NCBI GenBank assembly: GCA_964057225.1
Contig: OZ059896.1
Span: 17,112,001 to 17,176,000 of the forward strand
Source of the DNA: Auanema rhodensis
Lineage: Eukaryota; Animalia; Nematoda
Reading direction: 5' to 3'
Length of the DNA: 64,000 nucleotides
Shown one piece after another: positions 1 through 12,589 of this stretch. Made by a program: the position numbers and the translations under genes. The notes below the pieces were generated by a model. That model saw only the letters and a list, made by a program, of their open reading frames with translations, searched no databases and had not been told where the DNA came from. Numbering within the stretch: position 1 is the first letter of the stretch; each line of letters begins with the position of its first letter.

Positions 1-1963
1 TCTTTCTCTCTTTCTTTCTATCTATCTATCTTTATATCCATAAATCTATTCCATATTTCTCCTTATACTTTTCTTTATGTAATATATCTCTTATTTCCCT
101 TTCAATTACTCAATATCTAACAATGTTTTATGGCCATTGGAAGTATACTTATTAGACCTGAAATGGTATTTAAGCCTAAGGACGTGTATAGCTTCTGTTT
201 TCCAGCATGGTCACTTCCAAGTCTACTAATAGCACTGATCAAACTTGGCTTATTGTGCTGTTCGTATTTCGAACGAGTGATGTTAGATCACTCAACGAAC
301 GATCTTTTGCTCTTAGCCGTCCTCTCACTAGCTCGATCGTTTATTCGTCCTCCAATGTTTCTGCGTCTTTCGACTGTGTCGCCGGTTTATTGACATTTGG
401 GACCAAGAATACATTGTGCGGATAATGCACGTAGTCATTGAAAACGAAAACACATAGTATTGTCTGATGTAACTGTAAGCAAGTAGATGTTGCCCTCCTT
501 TGCAATGCTGACGAAAGCTGTTTTCGTCTTCTCGAAATACATAATATTCATTTTATTTTCATTGGTCTCTTACAGTATCATGGTATTGAGTCTGGTAACC
601 TGTATAACAAACGAGAGAGGGAGAAAGGGGGGAGGTAAAGTTGAACGGTTCATTTTTGATTTCGTTGTTTGAAAAAATTGAATATTATCACATCTATATA
701 ATCTAATCTGTCTTAACACGAAGAACACGAGAAAAAATGCTAAAGATATGATAAGTTGTTTATTGTATCACACTCTAAATGATTAATGAGTATAAGAAAA
801 ATGATTTCCCCTCCCTTTCTCTTCGAATATAAAAGAAAGAAAGAGATATGAAAAGAATGTGAAAGATACATGGTTAGTATATAGTAGAATATAGAAGATG
901 AAATGAAAAAAAAAAACAATTTCTCTTCTTTTTTTTCATTCGGGCTATCAAAAGAAACATCATGCTATATCTGATTTGGAATAAGAAGAGACAAAGTGAT
1001 AGAGAAAAGCTATGCACAACCGTTCTGCACGCGAACACCCATCCATATAAACTATTTGAACGAATGTTTTCACGTGAATCACGGAAATGTCCTCTCCTCT
1101 CCTGTCCTGTCAAATTCGAATTTTGAAATTGATATTATGGGAAATAATTCGAACTGAAAACATTTGTAAACATGTCCAATATATGAGATGATCGAGGTCA
1201 TGTTTCAGCTGTTTTTAACCATGACTTCATAATTAATTATAAAAATTTAATATACTTGAATATGATATCAAAAAATATAAAGATTAAAATTCAATAAATA
1301 TAATGTAGATTTTTAATTTCATTTTTGCTTTTTTCTTTTTGATCTTGCTCTCAATCTGGTTTACCAACTACAAAAATCAAACAAAGTAGACTATTATGAC
1401 ATAAGGAGCATTTCTTAATTTCAATCTTGCGTCTTTCATCTTTTAATTTTCGAATTTGTGAAAGAAAAAGTATTTTAGTGCTTTTATATTCAATCGAAAA
1501 TAGCACAAAGAGTAATGATGTATACACAATTGATACTGCTTATGCAGGCAGCATCAGCAGCTCCAGCATCACAACAGTCCAGATGACTGTGTATTGATGT
1601 GCTGTTGTTGTATTAGAAGCGAGGTATAATAGTTGTCTGTGAGTGTGCTTAATATGAACTTGTATATCAAAAAGCTTTTAAGCATATGTATTTATGTTAT
1701 GAAGATTAGAATATTTCATCACGTCAGCAGATAGGTATTGTCTGAAAGCTTTGTATGTCTTCTCTATCTTCTGTCTGATAGATGTTTCTGAGCAATTGTT
1801 GAGCAGACTATATTTCGCTTTCGCTCATCTCTTAACAGACATTTATGTACGCAATGCTTGTGTATCAACTAAGTCTGGTTATCGACGGCTTCGTATCGTT
1901 GATTATCAACAGAAGCTGCACCATCATCATCTGCTCATTCAATATTACGTCATTTCAACAACC

Positions 1964-2039
1964 TTTTCGTGGTGTGTATGTGAGGATTCTAGACTGTCTT
2001 ACGATGATGACTAGAGTCCCCGTTGAATGCATATGAAGA
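1964..2039 (+). ncRNA. Candidate pre-miRNA, miR-279/mir-44 seed family
   Basis: Hand-folded hairpin GTGAGGATTCTAG/CTAGAGTCCCCGT plus a lower stem. The 3p arm starts TGACTAGAG at 2008. Confidence 0.4.
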
Positions 2040-4244
2040 ACACGTGAACGGCTTGTCGACAGTTGCCTGTTGTTATTCTTTCTCGGAGAGATAGGGAAAG
2101 GGTTGGTCATGCTTTAAAACACAGACACATACGCATACACTCTTTCTCATTCTAACCTTCACTCTCTCAAATTGCCTGTTCTCTCTGTTAGTTTATGGTG
2201 TATTCTGTTCTCTTTACCTATTGCTTTTCTACCTGTCACCCATCTTATTGAACATCGCTACCGCCATTTGTGTGCCCTTGCTCTGTACCCTCATATCGTT
2301 CAGTACTGATATGCTACAATGACGATGATGACGATAATAGCTTGCCCGTCGCTCGTGTTATAATCTTTGCATAATTCGGAAAAAACGAGAGTCGGCGAAG
2401 ATGATAGACGATGCGGCCCCAGGAAATTGACTGGATTGCAAGAGCCCGAAAGCAAAAGCTGGAAAATGCAGCTTAACGAAGCTCCGTCGATCCGTAGAGA
2501 AAACAGTCGGCGATTCGTTTCGGCTCCAATCCGTCTGCAGATTCTCGTTGACCATTTCGATTTACATCCTATTGCAGCTTTCTATGCTTTTTGCGCAACT
2601 CCTGCTCACTCATCTCAATTTTCCGGTACATCACGTCATGTTCCGGATATGGTATGACGACAAGCATGGTCATATCTAGCAAAGATTTTCTGTTCGAAAC
2701 AATCAATAGGGAGCAATCTTTGAAAATGCGATCTGTAGTTTTAAGGAATAAGCTAGACAGATAGACAGGAGACTCGATTGAAACTTGTTGCAAAACCTGA
2801 AATAATGATAAACCGAAGCCTTAAATGAGCGAGAAATTGATGTGTTACGTTTTTCATTTTGAAACTTGGTAAAGGGTTGTTGAAGATGTTATGTTTAGCA
2901 CGGGGATAGGCCGACTGAGGAGTGCTATTCTCAAGCGTCAATCGCTCTGTTAGATGTTAAAACTAAATACTTTCCGTTTTTTGGATTTCAATTTACACAG
3001 GAAGAAGATGTCATAGCCAGATATAGTAGCAATTGATTGACAACCGGTGCTTATAACTTGAGAAAGAGATAGGGAAAGAGAGAATAAGGGAAGGGATGGA
3101 AAAATAAGAGAAAGGCAATGTTGATGATAACGCTTGAATTGACATAAATCAGACACTGTATCTTGGCGGTTTCGTCTAAACAACGAGCTTTAGTAGCGTG
3201 TTTAACACAATGTCTTCGTCCTAATTTTTCGTAGAAGTTAGATGAATGTTCTTTAGTTGTGCATCGGGTTCACGTGCACCATATATGTCTCCAGATGAAA
3301 CTTTGATCCAACCCACGATTATCAGGACGCGTCTTAGTCATATTTGAGTTCATACTGAGTGCTTTTTGAGTTCATTCTTGATGAAAATCACTGATAAGAA
3401 AAGCTTTAAGATGAAAAGAGTGAAGAAATGAGAGACGCAGAGATAAGTAGAGAATTAAGGAGGAGGGGAAGGGGGTTAACAGCAGGAGTCAAAAAGAGAA
3501 CGTCGACAAGAAATATGATGAAAAACATGACAAACGAGTGAATGCGAGAGAGGGATATTTGTTATCGCTATCTGCTGATCTGACCATTTTTTGTGTAAAA
3601 CGTTTGCTTATCAGCTTTTCTGAAAATTTAATGGAACAGTCATATATTATTTAATATATAGTTAGTTTATAATATATATAAATATATATATTATTATATG
3701 TTTGATTTGCCTTTCTCATTCAAAATATCGAGGGACTGTATCAAACAGATTTTTGTTTTTGGCTTTAAAACAATCTTTGGTACATGAAAAGTGCTCTGAA
3801 CATGACATCCGCACACATAGAACACATCATGAAGATATTTTCTATTCCTGAAAAATCATTCTCAGAAGATGGATCATGTTTCGGAATGTCATCTCATTCA
3901 CATTATAACCTTGTTGAAATGTAGCAATATGAACTTAGCGAAAAGTGCTGTTAAGCTTCTAAGTAATTAAATATTTTAAATATTTCAAATATTTTATTCA
4001 AAGCTTTCTATGTATTTTATTGATATCTCTACGTTTTTTAATCATGTGAGTACCAATGAACTTCCTTATTCTCGTCATTTTTGTGAATTGAAAAAAAAAA
4101 CAAATTGTTTGGGAGAAGGATCAAGAAATAAAAAACATCCGAATGTCAGTATTAGTGATTTTTTTAGTGTTTGAGTCCCATAATCATTTTCATTTCAATT
4201 ATTTGAAAGACATTCTAAGACATAGAAAGAGGGAGAGAAAGAGA

Positions 4245-4276
<32 letters not shown>

Positions 4277-7200
4277 AAGAAGGAGAGAGAGAAGGAGAGA
4301 GGGAGTGTAAATGAATGAACAAATTGTTTTCTGATCAATGAAATAATATATGAAGAAGAGTATTATCAATGACATAATTGAGATGATGACAGTAATGAGC
4401 CAAATAAAGAAACATATACGCGTTTTCTTTTTATTTTTGGAGAAAAGTTTTTGTAAAACTTGACTTTAAAAGATCGGGGGATTGAAAATGACCTTTGAAA
4501 GCGTTAACATTCTTTTTCCTAATGCTATTTCCATATAGTTGATGATCATAAAGATGAATTGTGTTTGAACGGAAGAGATAGACAGGTAGATTGTATGGAT
4601 GGAAATAAAACAAAACAAAGACAAATCCTAAAAATAGACGATTGTTGTTAGTTTTCTCATCAAGTTATTACTCATCTGCAAAAGTATTTTTAAAATTTGT
4701 TTGAAACTTTTGATCCACGGCCCTGACTATATGAGAGATTGGCTACGAAGAACCAGATTTGACTGCAAAGGTTGACAAAAGTTAAAATTGTTTGGCTGAT
4801 GGTGTGAAAGTTGATTTAAGGGAGAATGAAAAAGAGTGGAGCAAGAAGGAGGGTGGGGTAGATGGTAAAGTAAGCTATTTCTGGAAGAAAAAAACATTTG
4901 AAGAGACCGATATTGTAACTTATTTTCATCGTATTACAGTCCGTTTATCATGTGTTGTATGTCATTTTCAAATGTTTCATGATCCATTGTCTATATTCTT
5001 ATATCATGTCAGAATTTATATAATATGGTTATGATAGCATTTGTCTTTAAGTGCTATAATAGGACAAATTAAGACCACGTGGCATTTCATGATTATGGGA
5101 AAGTGAGATGTTGGTAGAAGGAATTAGAAAATATTAAGAGAGAAGAGAATAAGGAGAGAAAGAGTAAGCGAATAGAGGATGGTTATCAGATAGAGAAAAA
5201 TTTTGAAATAAGTGATCAATCTGGAAATAATGTTTGTGGGTTTCTAGGGGGTGCATTTAGTGTGTTTAACACGATCCCATTATTGGAAAAGACAATGGCA
5301 GTAAGCTGATTGGTTGGCTTGATATCTATTCATCCAACTAGCACAGAATAAAAGATCAAATGTTCATGAGACTAAAATATGAAAATAGGATATTCAAATG
5401 ATAGGGAGGTGAGAAGGAAACGGGAGAGAGCAATTTGAAATGATGAGAGAAAGAGATGAAAAGAGATACGGAAACATGAGGAAACCCCCCTCGTCTCTCC
5501 CTCTATGAAGTCTCTGATGATCATATTATCTATGTTTATTCCGTTTCCTCTTAGCGGAAATCAGTTGGTACATCTGTGTGATGATTCATTCATATCGCTA
5601 ATGATTATGTATTTCGTTTTGAAGCACAAACATCGTGAAAAAACTTCAAAACGTCGAAGATTTTCGTATCTATCTGCTCAGATTATTGCTCATTCCAGAC
5701 GTTAGATTACAAGAGAAAAAGGGGCGAAAGAAGAGGGACTTAGCAAATAACAGAGAAGAAACAATCAAATTTTTGTGTTTTGTTCAAAAATTTAAAAATT
5801 TTTCTTATAAAGATTATAATTAGAGAAAACTATGAAGAGAGAGAGTTGCAAGATACGCATTTCCTTTATTCAGATATGACACGTGTGTCATTGAAAAACA
5901 CGTTGTCATAACGTGGCATCAGAAGGACAAAGACAACTAAAATTTGAATTTTCTTAAGGATTAAGCAACCTGATCTGAAAATGAATGAGAAAATCATTTT
6001 AAACTGTTGAATATTGAATAACAACATCTTGTCTTCTGTTTTTTCTCACGTCATATGTCATTATTGGGTTCAAGTTAGTTAGCTAGCTAGTTGATAGACA
6101 TGACTCGTCCTGGTCTCCTGTACGTTTCAGTGTAAGTTGATTCTTCGAATGTTTCAGCGGCATTGGATTCCCAAAAAAATATATTTTTTTCGTATTTTTT
6201 TTCGCATCAAGCGATGTTTGATTTGTCTCTGATCCTTGAGCCTCGTTTTTGTCTGTTCTTCTTTTTTTGCGCTTTGTCATATTTCTACAATTGATTCATG
6301 TGACTGATTCAGATGATATCATACCATCTCATCCATTGCATTTTTACATACATATACTTCCGGTGAACATTCAGTTACAATCAACAATCAGTTTGCTGTA
6401 CAAGGTTTATTCTTTTCTTGGAGGGAGAAGATTCAGTTACAACAAGACAAGGGAGAGAGAGAGAGAGAAAGTAGCGTAGGAGGTTGGTTGCACGCAGTGT
6501 TGATAACATATTGTATTCATATGGTAGAAATGTAGAAACTATGGCAATATATTATATTTGACAAAAACGACTTCTGTTCTAACTGTCGAGTCGAATCAAA
6601 TCTTTCTTAGCATACTATTCCCCTTATCAAATAAAAAAAATGACGGATTCTATTCACGTGATGCACGTCTTCTAAAACCATGCAAGGTCAGTAGCAATGA
6701 AATTCACATAATTTTCAAGTGAGAATCAGCTGCTAGTGGACACAATGATAATACTGATGATGCTATGATCTATTGTCAATGACAATGACGACAACGATTC
6801 TGATAAAATAGACATTGAAGAGGTTTTTTGGTCAAAATTGTTCTCTCTCTCTCTCCATTTCTCTTTCTCTCTCTCTCTTTCTTTCATCTTTTCTCTTTTA
6901 ATTTCAACTGTCCCGCTTTTGTTCGGATGAAAAGAACATATAAATACGTAATCTTTATATAGAAAACGGAAGTGAGTGATAGCATATCATGTTCATTTCG
7001 TTCAACAACCCAGAAATTTTTTTTTGTTCAAAACAACGTACCAACGATTGAACGAATTGAGTTTATGTTATTGGCATTGAATAACAGAAAACATTGTATT
7101 TGGAAGCATATATACATATGTGTCTTCTTTCTCTCTCTCTCTCTCTATACGAGAGGTTTGTAAAAAAAAGAAATCTATCTATGCGTATGAGCATGTGTTA

Positions 7201-7510
7201 GATTTACTGGGACCATAAAAAACATTTTTCTTCAACAAAACCATCTCTTGTCATGATGAATTCGTCTTCAATTCCTCTACACAATATCTCAGAGATCATT
7301 CGCTTATCGGCGACATCTGTATATGTATGTATGTGTCAGCAGTAAGGAAGAAGAAGAAGAAGAAGAAGAGAATGATATATCTTTCTCTAAAAATTTATGT
7401 TTCGTACATAATTGGGATTGAAAGTTACAAATAGAATATACACATATTTTCTAAATATTCTTTATTAAAGTTATTTGAAAGATATTTTCTATTATTTTCT
7501 CTCTTTTCAG

Positions 7511-9183
7511 TATATCAGATGAAGCTAATGCTGTTGACTTAAGTTCTTTAAAAATTGTTACAACCCTTGGAATGGGTGGATTTGGACGGGTAGAATTGGT
7601 AAAAGGCTATGATCGGGTATATGCATTAAAGGTAAATTTCACAGAAAGTTGCTCATTTTCTAAGCTGTAATGCTGTTTCAGGTTATGAATAAAGCACATA
7701 TTGTTGAAACTAAACAGGAAAATCATGTAGTGTCTGAAAGAAAAATATTAATGGAAACAAATTGTGATTTCATAGTCAGGTAAGAGCATTATGCTCTTTC
7801 TCTCTTTCCTCCTTCTCTCTCTCTCTCTTTACGTCTTTCTCTTTATTTCTTTATTTTATTCAAAATTTATTTTTTTTAATTTTCAGACTTTATAAAACAT
7901 TCCGTGATGCCGAAAAAATCTATATGTTAATGGAGCCATGTCTTGGTGGTGAAATTTGGACAATTTTAAAGAGAAAGTAAGTAGTAAATATCATGAAAAA
8001 CAATAGAAATTTGCTTTTCGTCTTCATTTCTTTGCTTTTTCGACGAGTAAAAAAACCGAATTTACTGTAAATTAAACTAAATTTGTCGTTTTCAGAGGCC
8101 GATTTGATAATGATGGTAGCCGGTATTATTGTGCTGGCGCTATAGAAGCTTTGGATTATTTACACAGAAAGAAGATTGTATACCGAGATTTGAAGCCAGA
8201 AAATATGTTATTGGATAGAAATGGAGTTCCTAAACTCGTATGTTGATATTGGGACTATTTCCCTAATCTTAACATACAACATTTGTTAGGTTGATTTTGG
8301 TTTTGCTAAGAAAATCAAAGATGGTCGTACATGGACATTCTGTGGAACGGCTGAATATGGTGAGTCATTTGAAGATCATTCACATGAAACAACAATCATC
8401 ATCATCAATAATTAGATTTTGAAGGATTGTTTGACAGAAAAATCTAAGAAAACATTGGAAATCACTTTTTTTCTTTTGATTGATCTTCTAATCTTTACAG
8501 TTGCTCCTGAAATTGTACTTAATAAGGGACATGATACTGCTGTAGATCTATGGGCTCTTGGTATCTTCATCTATGAGTTACTAACTGGATCGTAAGTTTT
8601 TCATAAATTTTCACATTAAAAAAATAATTTTTTAAAAATAAAATTTGAAAATATTTTTTAAAATTTTAATATCTGCTCTTTTCAGTCCACCTTTCTCAAG
8701 TTCTGATCCAATGGTTACGTACAATGCTATTTTGAAAGGACTTGATAAATGGGCCTGGCCTAGGTACTAACTATATATATATAGTTAAGTTTACTTATTT
8801 TGAATTATTTTTGCAGATTTATTTCCAAAGATGCCATTGATATTATGCTAGCTTTATGTCGCCGAGAAGCTTCTGATCGTCTCGGTTACGGAAATATTGA
8901 TGAAGTTCGACAACATTTCTGGTTTGATGGCTTTGATTTTGAGCTCTTCCGCTCACATAAGATGCGACCACCTATCATTCCAGCTGTAAGTTGCTTATAA
9001 GCTTTCGGTATTATCCAACGTTTGTTGGGTCAGATAACTCGAAAGAACTATATAATTACGTTTGACTAATTGATTTGATTTCAGATTCGATCTGATGTTG
9101 ATACAAGTAATTTCGATACTTTCCCAATGTTTGATAATTTCGCCACGGGTACCGATGAGACTGGCTGGGATCTCGATTTCTAA
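7511..9183 (+). CDS. pkg-2: cGMP-dependent protein kinase, catalytic domain and AGC C-tail (5' end unresolved)
   Basis: Ten phase-consistent exons: 7511-7631, 7682-7779, 7887-7976, 8096-8237, 8290-8359, 8501-8591, 8686-8763, 8817-8985, 9085-9183 plus an unidentified upstream exon. They encode [45 protein letters not shown] and end GWDLDF*. The PKG family is clear; pkg-2 rather than egl-4 rests on recalled sequence (GTAEY loop). Confidence 0.85.
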
Positions 9184-10529
9184 AAAAGTTCATAATTTAT
9201 CCAAGAGATGATCCAACACAAATTCAAATTGCATGAAGCTTCTCCGCAGCATACAATGCTGATCGAAGAAGAAATTTTAAAAATTTCTTTTTTCTACATG
9301 CATTCTTTCTTTCTCTCTCTTTTCCCCCTCTCTCTCTTTCTTATCTGCCAAGATATACTCGGAGAATGCTTTTCCTCAGTTAGAGACATGCGCTTGAAGA
9401 TATGTATGTAGTTTCTTAGAGTTTTCTTACCTTTTTTGCAAAAATGCCTATAGATGAAGTGCCGCAGTCGCATTTAACTACACAATTTCAGAACTTTTCG
9501 CTCTTTCTCTATGACATTGAAGCCCTATTTAATCATTTTTACCCTAGAAACTTTGAATGTTGTACATACTTGTAGATGATATCCACGTTTTTTTTAATTT
9601 TTCAACTACGCAATCCACACCTGAATGCACAAATTGATTATTCAATTTTCTCCTTAAGTCATATATAGTCATAAGATTTCAAATCATCCATTAGCCTCTC
9701 TTATGCCCCCCCTCCCTCTATATGTATATTTCTCTCCCCCCCTCCCCTTCTCTTTTTTACCATTATTTTCCTTTTTTTCGAACCAAAAAGCCTAAGAAGA
9801 ACATTTAAATTTGTAAAAATTGTTATTTCGTTAATAAGTTAATTATTATTATTTTATATAAAACCATATATGATTAATATTACGTTCTTTTTTTTGGTTC
9901 AAAAAAAGGCGATAATGGTAAGAGAATGTATATCTTGAATAGTTTTGGATGATTTTTAATTTAGACAATTTATTTCTTAAAACAAATTGTATATTTTGTT
10001 GTACTTATTTTTTGTTACTTTCTAGTCTAGTCCCTTCTTCCCGTCTCTATCTCTCTTTCTCTCTCTCTCTCTCTTAAATTGTCTGACTGTTTCTCTTTCT
10101 TTTTCTCTCTCTCATATATACCTTATACGTTTCTCGTGATGTACATATTACTATATACTTTATATAATTACACAGATTCATTTATATTTAATCAGTTCTA
10201 TCTTTGGTCAGAAAAAATCAAGCAAAATATTGAAAACGAATGAACTATAATCTCTTTATCTGTCTTCTTATTTAATTTTTTTACAATTGAAATAGTTTCA
10301 TTTGAAGGAAAAAACAAAACAAAAAGAATAAGCTAATAATATCAGAAATAATGAAAAAATAAATTTTTTTTATAAATTGGAACTAAAATTCAAGCTCTCA
10401 ACAGTATTTCAAGATTATGTAAAGCTATTTGCTTGTTCATGAGCAAATGATGGCGAGTTGAAAGAGGGAAAAGCATGATAAGAGGGGGTACGGGGACGGG
10501 AAGAGAGTGAAATAAGAAAAGAAAGAAAT

Positions 10530-11594
10530 TTACTTATTGTTGATGAGGAAATTCCGGATATTTGTCCAGATATTTGAATCTTTATATAAATATGTCATAC
10601 TTTTCGTTAATGATCCTTGAAGAACATGAGTATGATGCTCGAAAAGCCATAAAACTAATCCCCATACACCTGCGGCAAAGATGGGAAAAACGGGAAAGTC
10701 TGAAGACGTAAAGTTGAATAAACAAGTTGACGTCAAATTTATTCATCCGATGATGCACACGATAAGATTGTCTAGTTTATTATGATTTAAAGATAATGTC
10801 ACATAGCTTTGAGCCAGTTTCATAGGATCAAAACAAGTGCTCTTTAAGCTCTATGTGCATGTGGCTATTTAAGGAAACTGAAAAACGATACTTACTTGGT
10901 TGTGGAATAACCTGATTATCAACTGCTAGCTTAGCTAAACCAACAACAATTCTCGAAAGCAGATAGAGGTTAATCTGCAGTTTATACGAATGTTTTGATG
11001 AGCATTAAAAACTATTTTGGGAGTTATTATACCTGCATATTTACAGAATTATTTGAACCAAAAACCAAATAGCCCATAATACAAGCAGCGACAAATGAGT
11101 GCCACTCCTTCTGTTGACCTTAAATTTATATTTCAAGTTGATTTTCAACGTATACTATCATAGCAAATACCTTCAACTTGTTTTAAAAAGCCATGAAGTA
11201 GCTTATATGAGAATACAAACTTAGCCAAATTGAAAGCATGTGTCTTCGTCAAACGTATGATTGTTGTTAATTTTTCAATAAGTCTATGATGACATGTTGG
11301 ATAAGATGTATCAATGGAGCTTATAAACTCACGTTCCCTCCCCGAACAAAAAGACCATAACAAGAGCATGAGGAGCTCTTATACGTGCACCATAGCTATA
11401 ATATAGAAGAATAAGTTCAAACTTAAAACTTAAGTTGTTAAGAAGTCTGGTAAGAAAAAAAGAAGAAAAACTTACACTAAACCATTTCTTAGACCTTTAA
11501 CTGCAGATAAAATAAAAAATTTGTGACGATATTTATGTAAAATATAATTCGCTATATTTTCCCAATTTTTTATTAAATACAGTACTGTCTGCAT
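10530..11594 (-). CDS. PXMP4: Peroxisomal membrane protein 4 (PMP24, Tim17 family)
   Basis: Six exons (11476-11594, 11333-11395, 11171-11283, 11033-11118, 10896-10974, 10530-10699) give AVKGLRNGLVYGARIRAPHALVMVFLF, QINLYLLSRIVVGL and WGLVLWLFEHH..SMTYLYKDSNIW, matching PXMP4 motifs. A TTTTCAG acceptor lies 2 nt before the ATG. Confidence 0.92.
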
Positions 11595-12543
11595 TTCTGA
11601 AAAATGCTCCAAAAAATTAATTTATACTAATAAAAAAAACAAAAGAATAGACTAATAATACATTTATAGTGATTTTGCCGCAGTCATTGTTCAAGGTATG
11701 ATAAGACTACCTAATCAATCGATTGACTCTCTGATTACTCTTTCTCTCTCTTTCTCTCTCGTACTTTTTCTCTTCCTCTCTCTATCTCTATCAATCTCTT
11801 CTTGAATCCTTTCATATATAATTCGTTCCTCTTTTTCTATATATTAGATGTGAAGTTTTAAATAAAAAGTTTATTCCGTTCAAACGCCCTTGTATTATTG
11901 ATAATGAAGTAAGTCAAGATTGTGAACAAAAAGTCAAAATCATGCCGATAATGAATGACTGATTTTGATGATCTGGACCCACAAACAATCACCGGTTTTA
12001 CGTTTATTCAGAGATCACTCTTAAATTATTATTCTGATATACATCCGAAGATTTATATTATTGTCCAATTAAATGATTTTCTCTTGGAAATAACCATTCA
12101 AAATAATTTTAAAATAAATTGACTTCCTTCGTACATGATATGGGTACAAAGTGTATGCTATAGCTTAGTGCTACGTATTGATAACTGAAAGTTAACTCGT
12201 ATAACTCAATAGTTCTGTTCCGGTATGAGCCATTCAGTTTCCGCTTCGGGTTATACTTCTATAACCTTGTGATATGTTCATATGCTGATAAAAGACATTT
12301 TTTTGAAAATTTGATAACCAAAAAAGGAAATAAGTTAACATCATCGTCCCTAAGTAAAGAATTGATGGGCTTTGTCAGTTACGTATTTTATATCTTGAAG
12401 CCTATAGATACATAACATCGAATAGCAAGATTATCTTCTTAATTCTGATAAATCAAATTAAATGGCTTAATCGATCATCATAAAATAAATCTTTTGAATC
12501 AGGAATAATCATTTCATTTACCGAAAAATCTCATAATTACTCT

Positions 12544-12545
<2 letters not shown>

Positions 12546-12586
<41 letters not shown>
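12546..12586. repeat. (CT)n microsatellite
   Basis: About 20 perfect CT units. Confidence 0.95.

Positions 12587-12589
<3 letters not shown>

Noticed and set aside
2268-2313. ATCGTTCAGTAC resembles mir-58/bantam
   Set aside because: The GAGATC seed is absent and there is no pre-miRNA-length stem.
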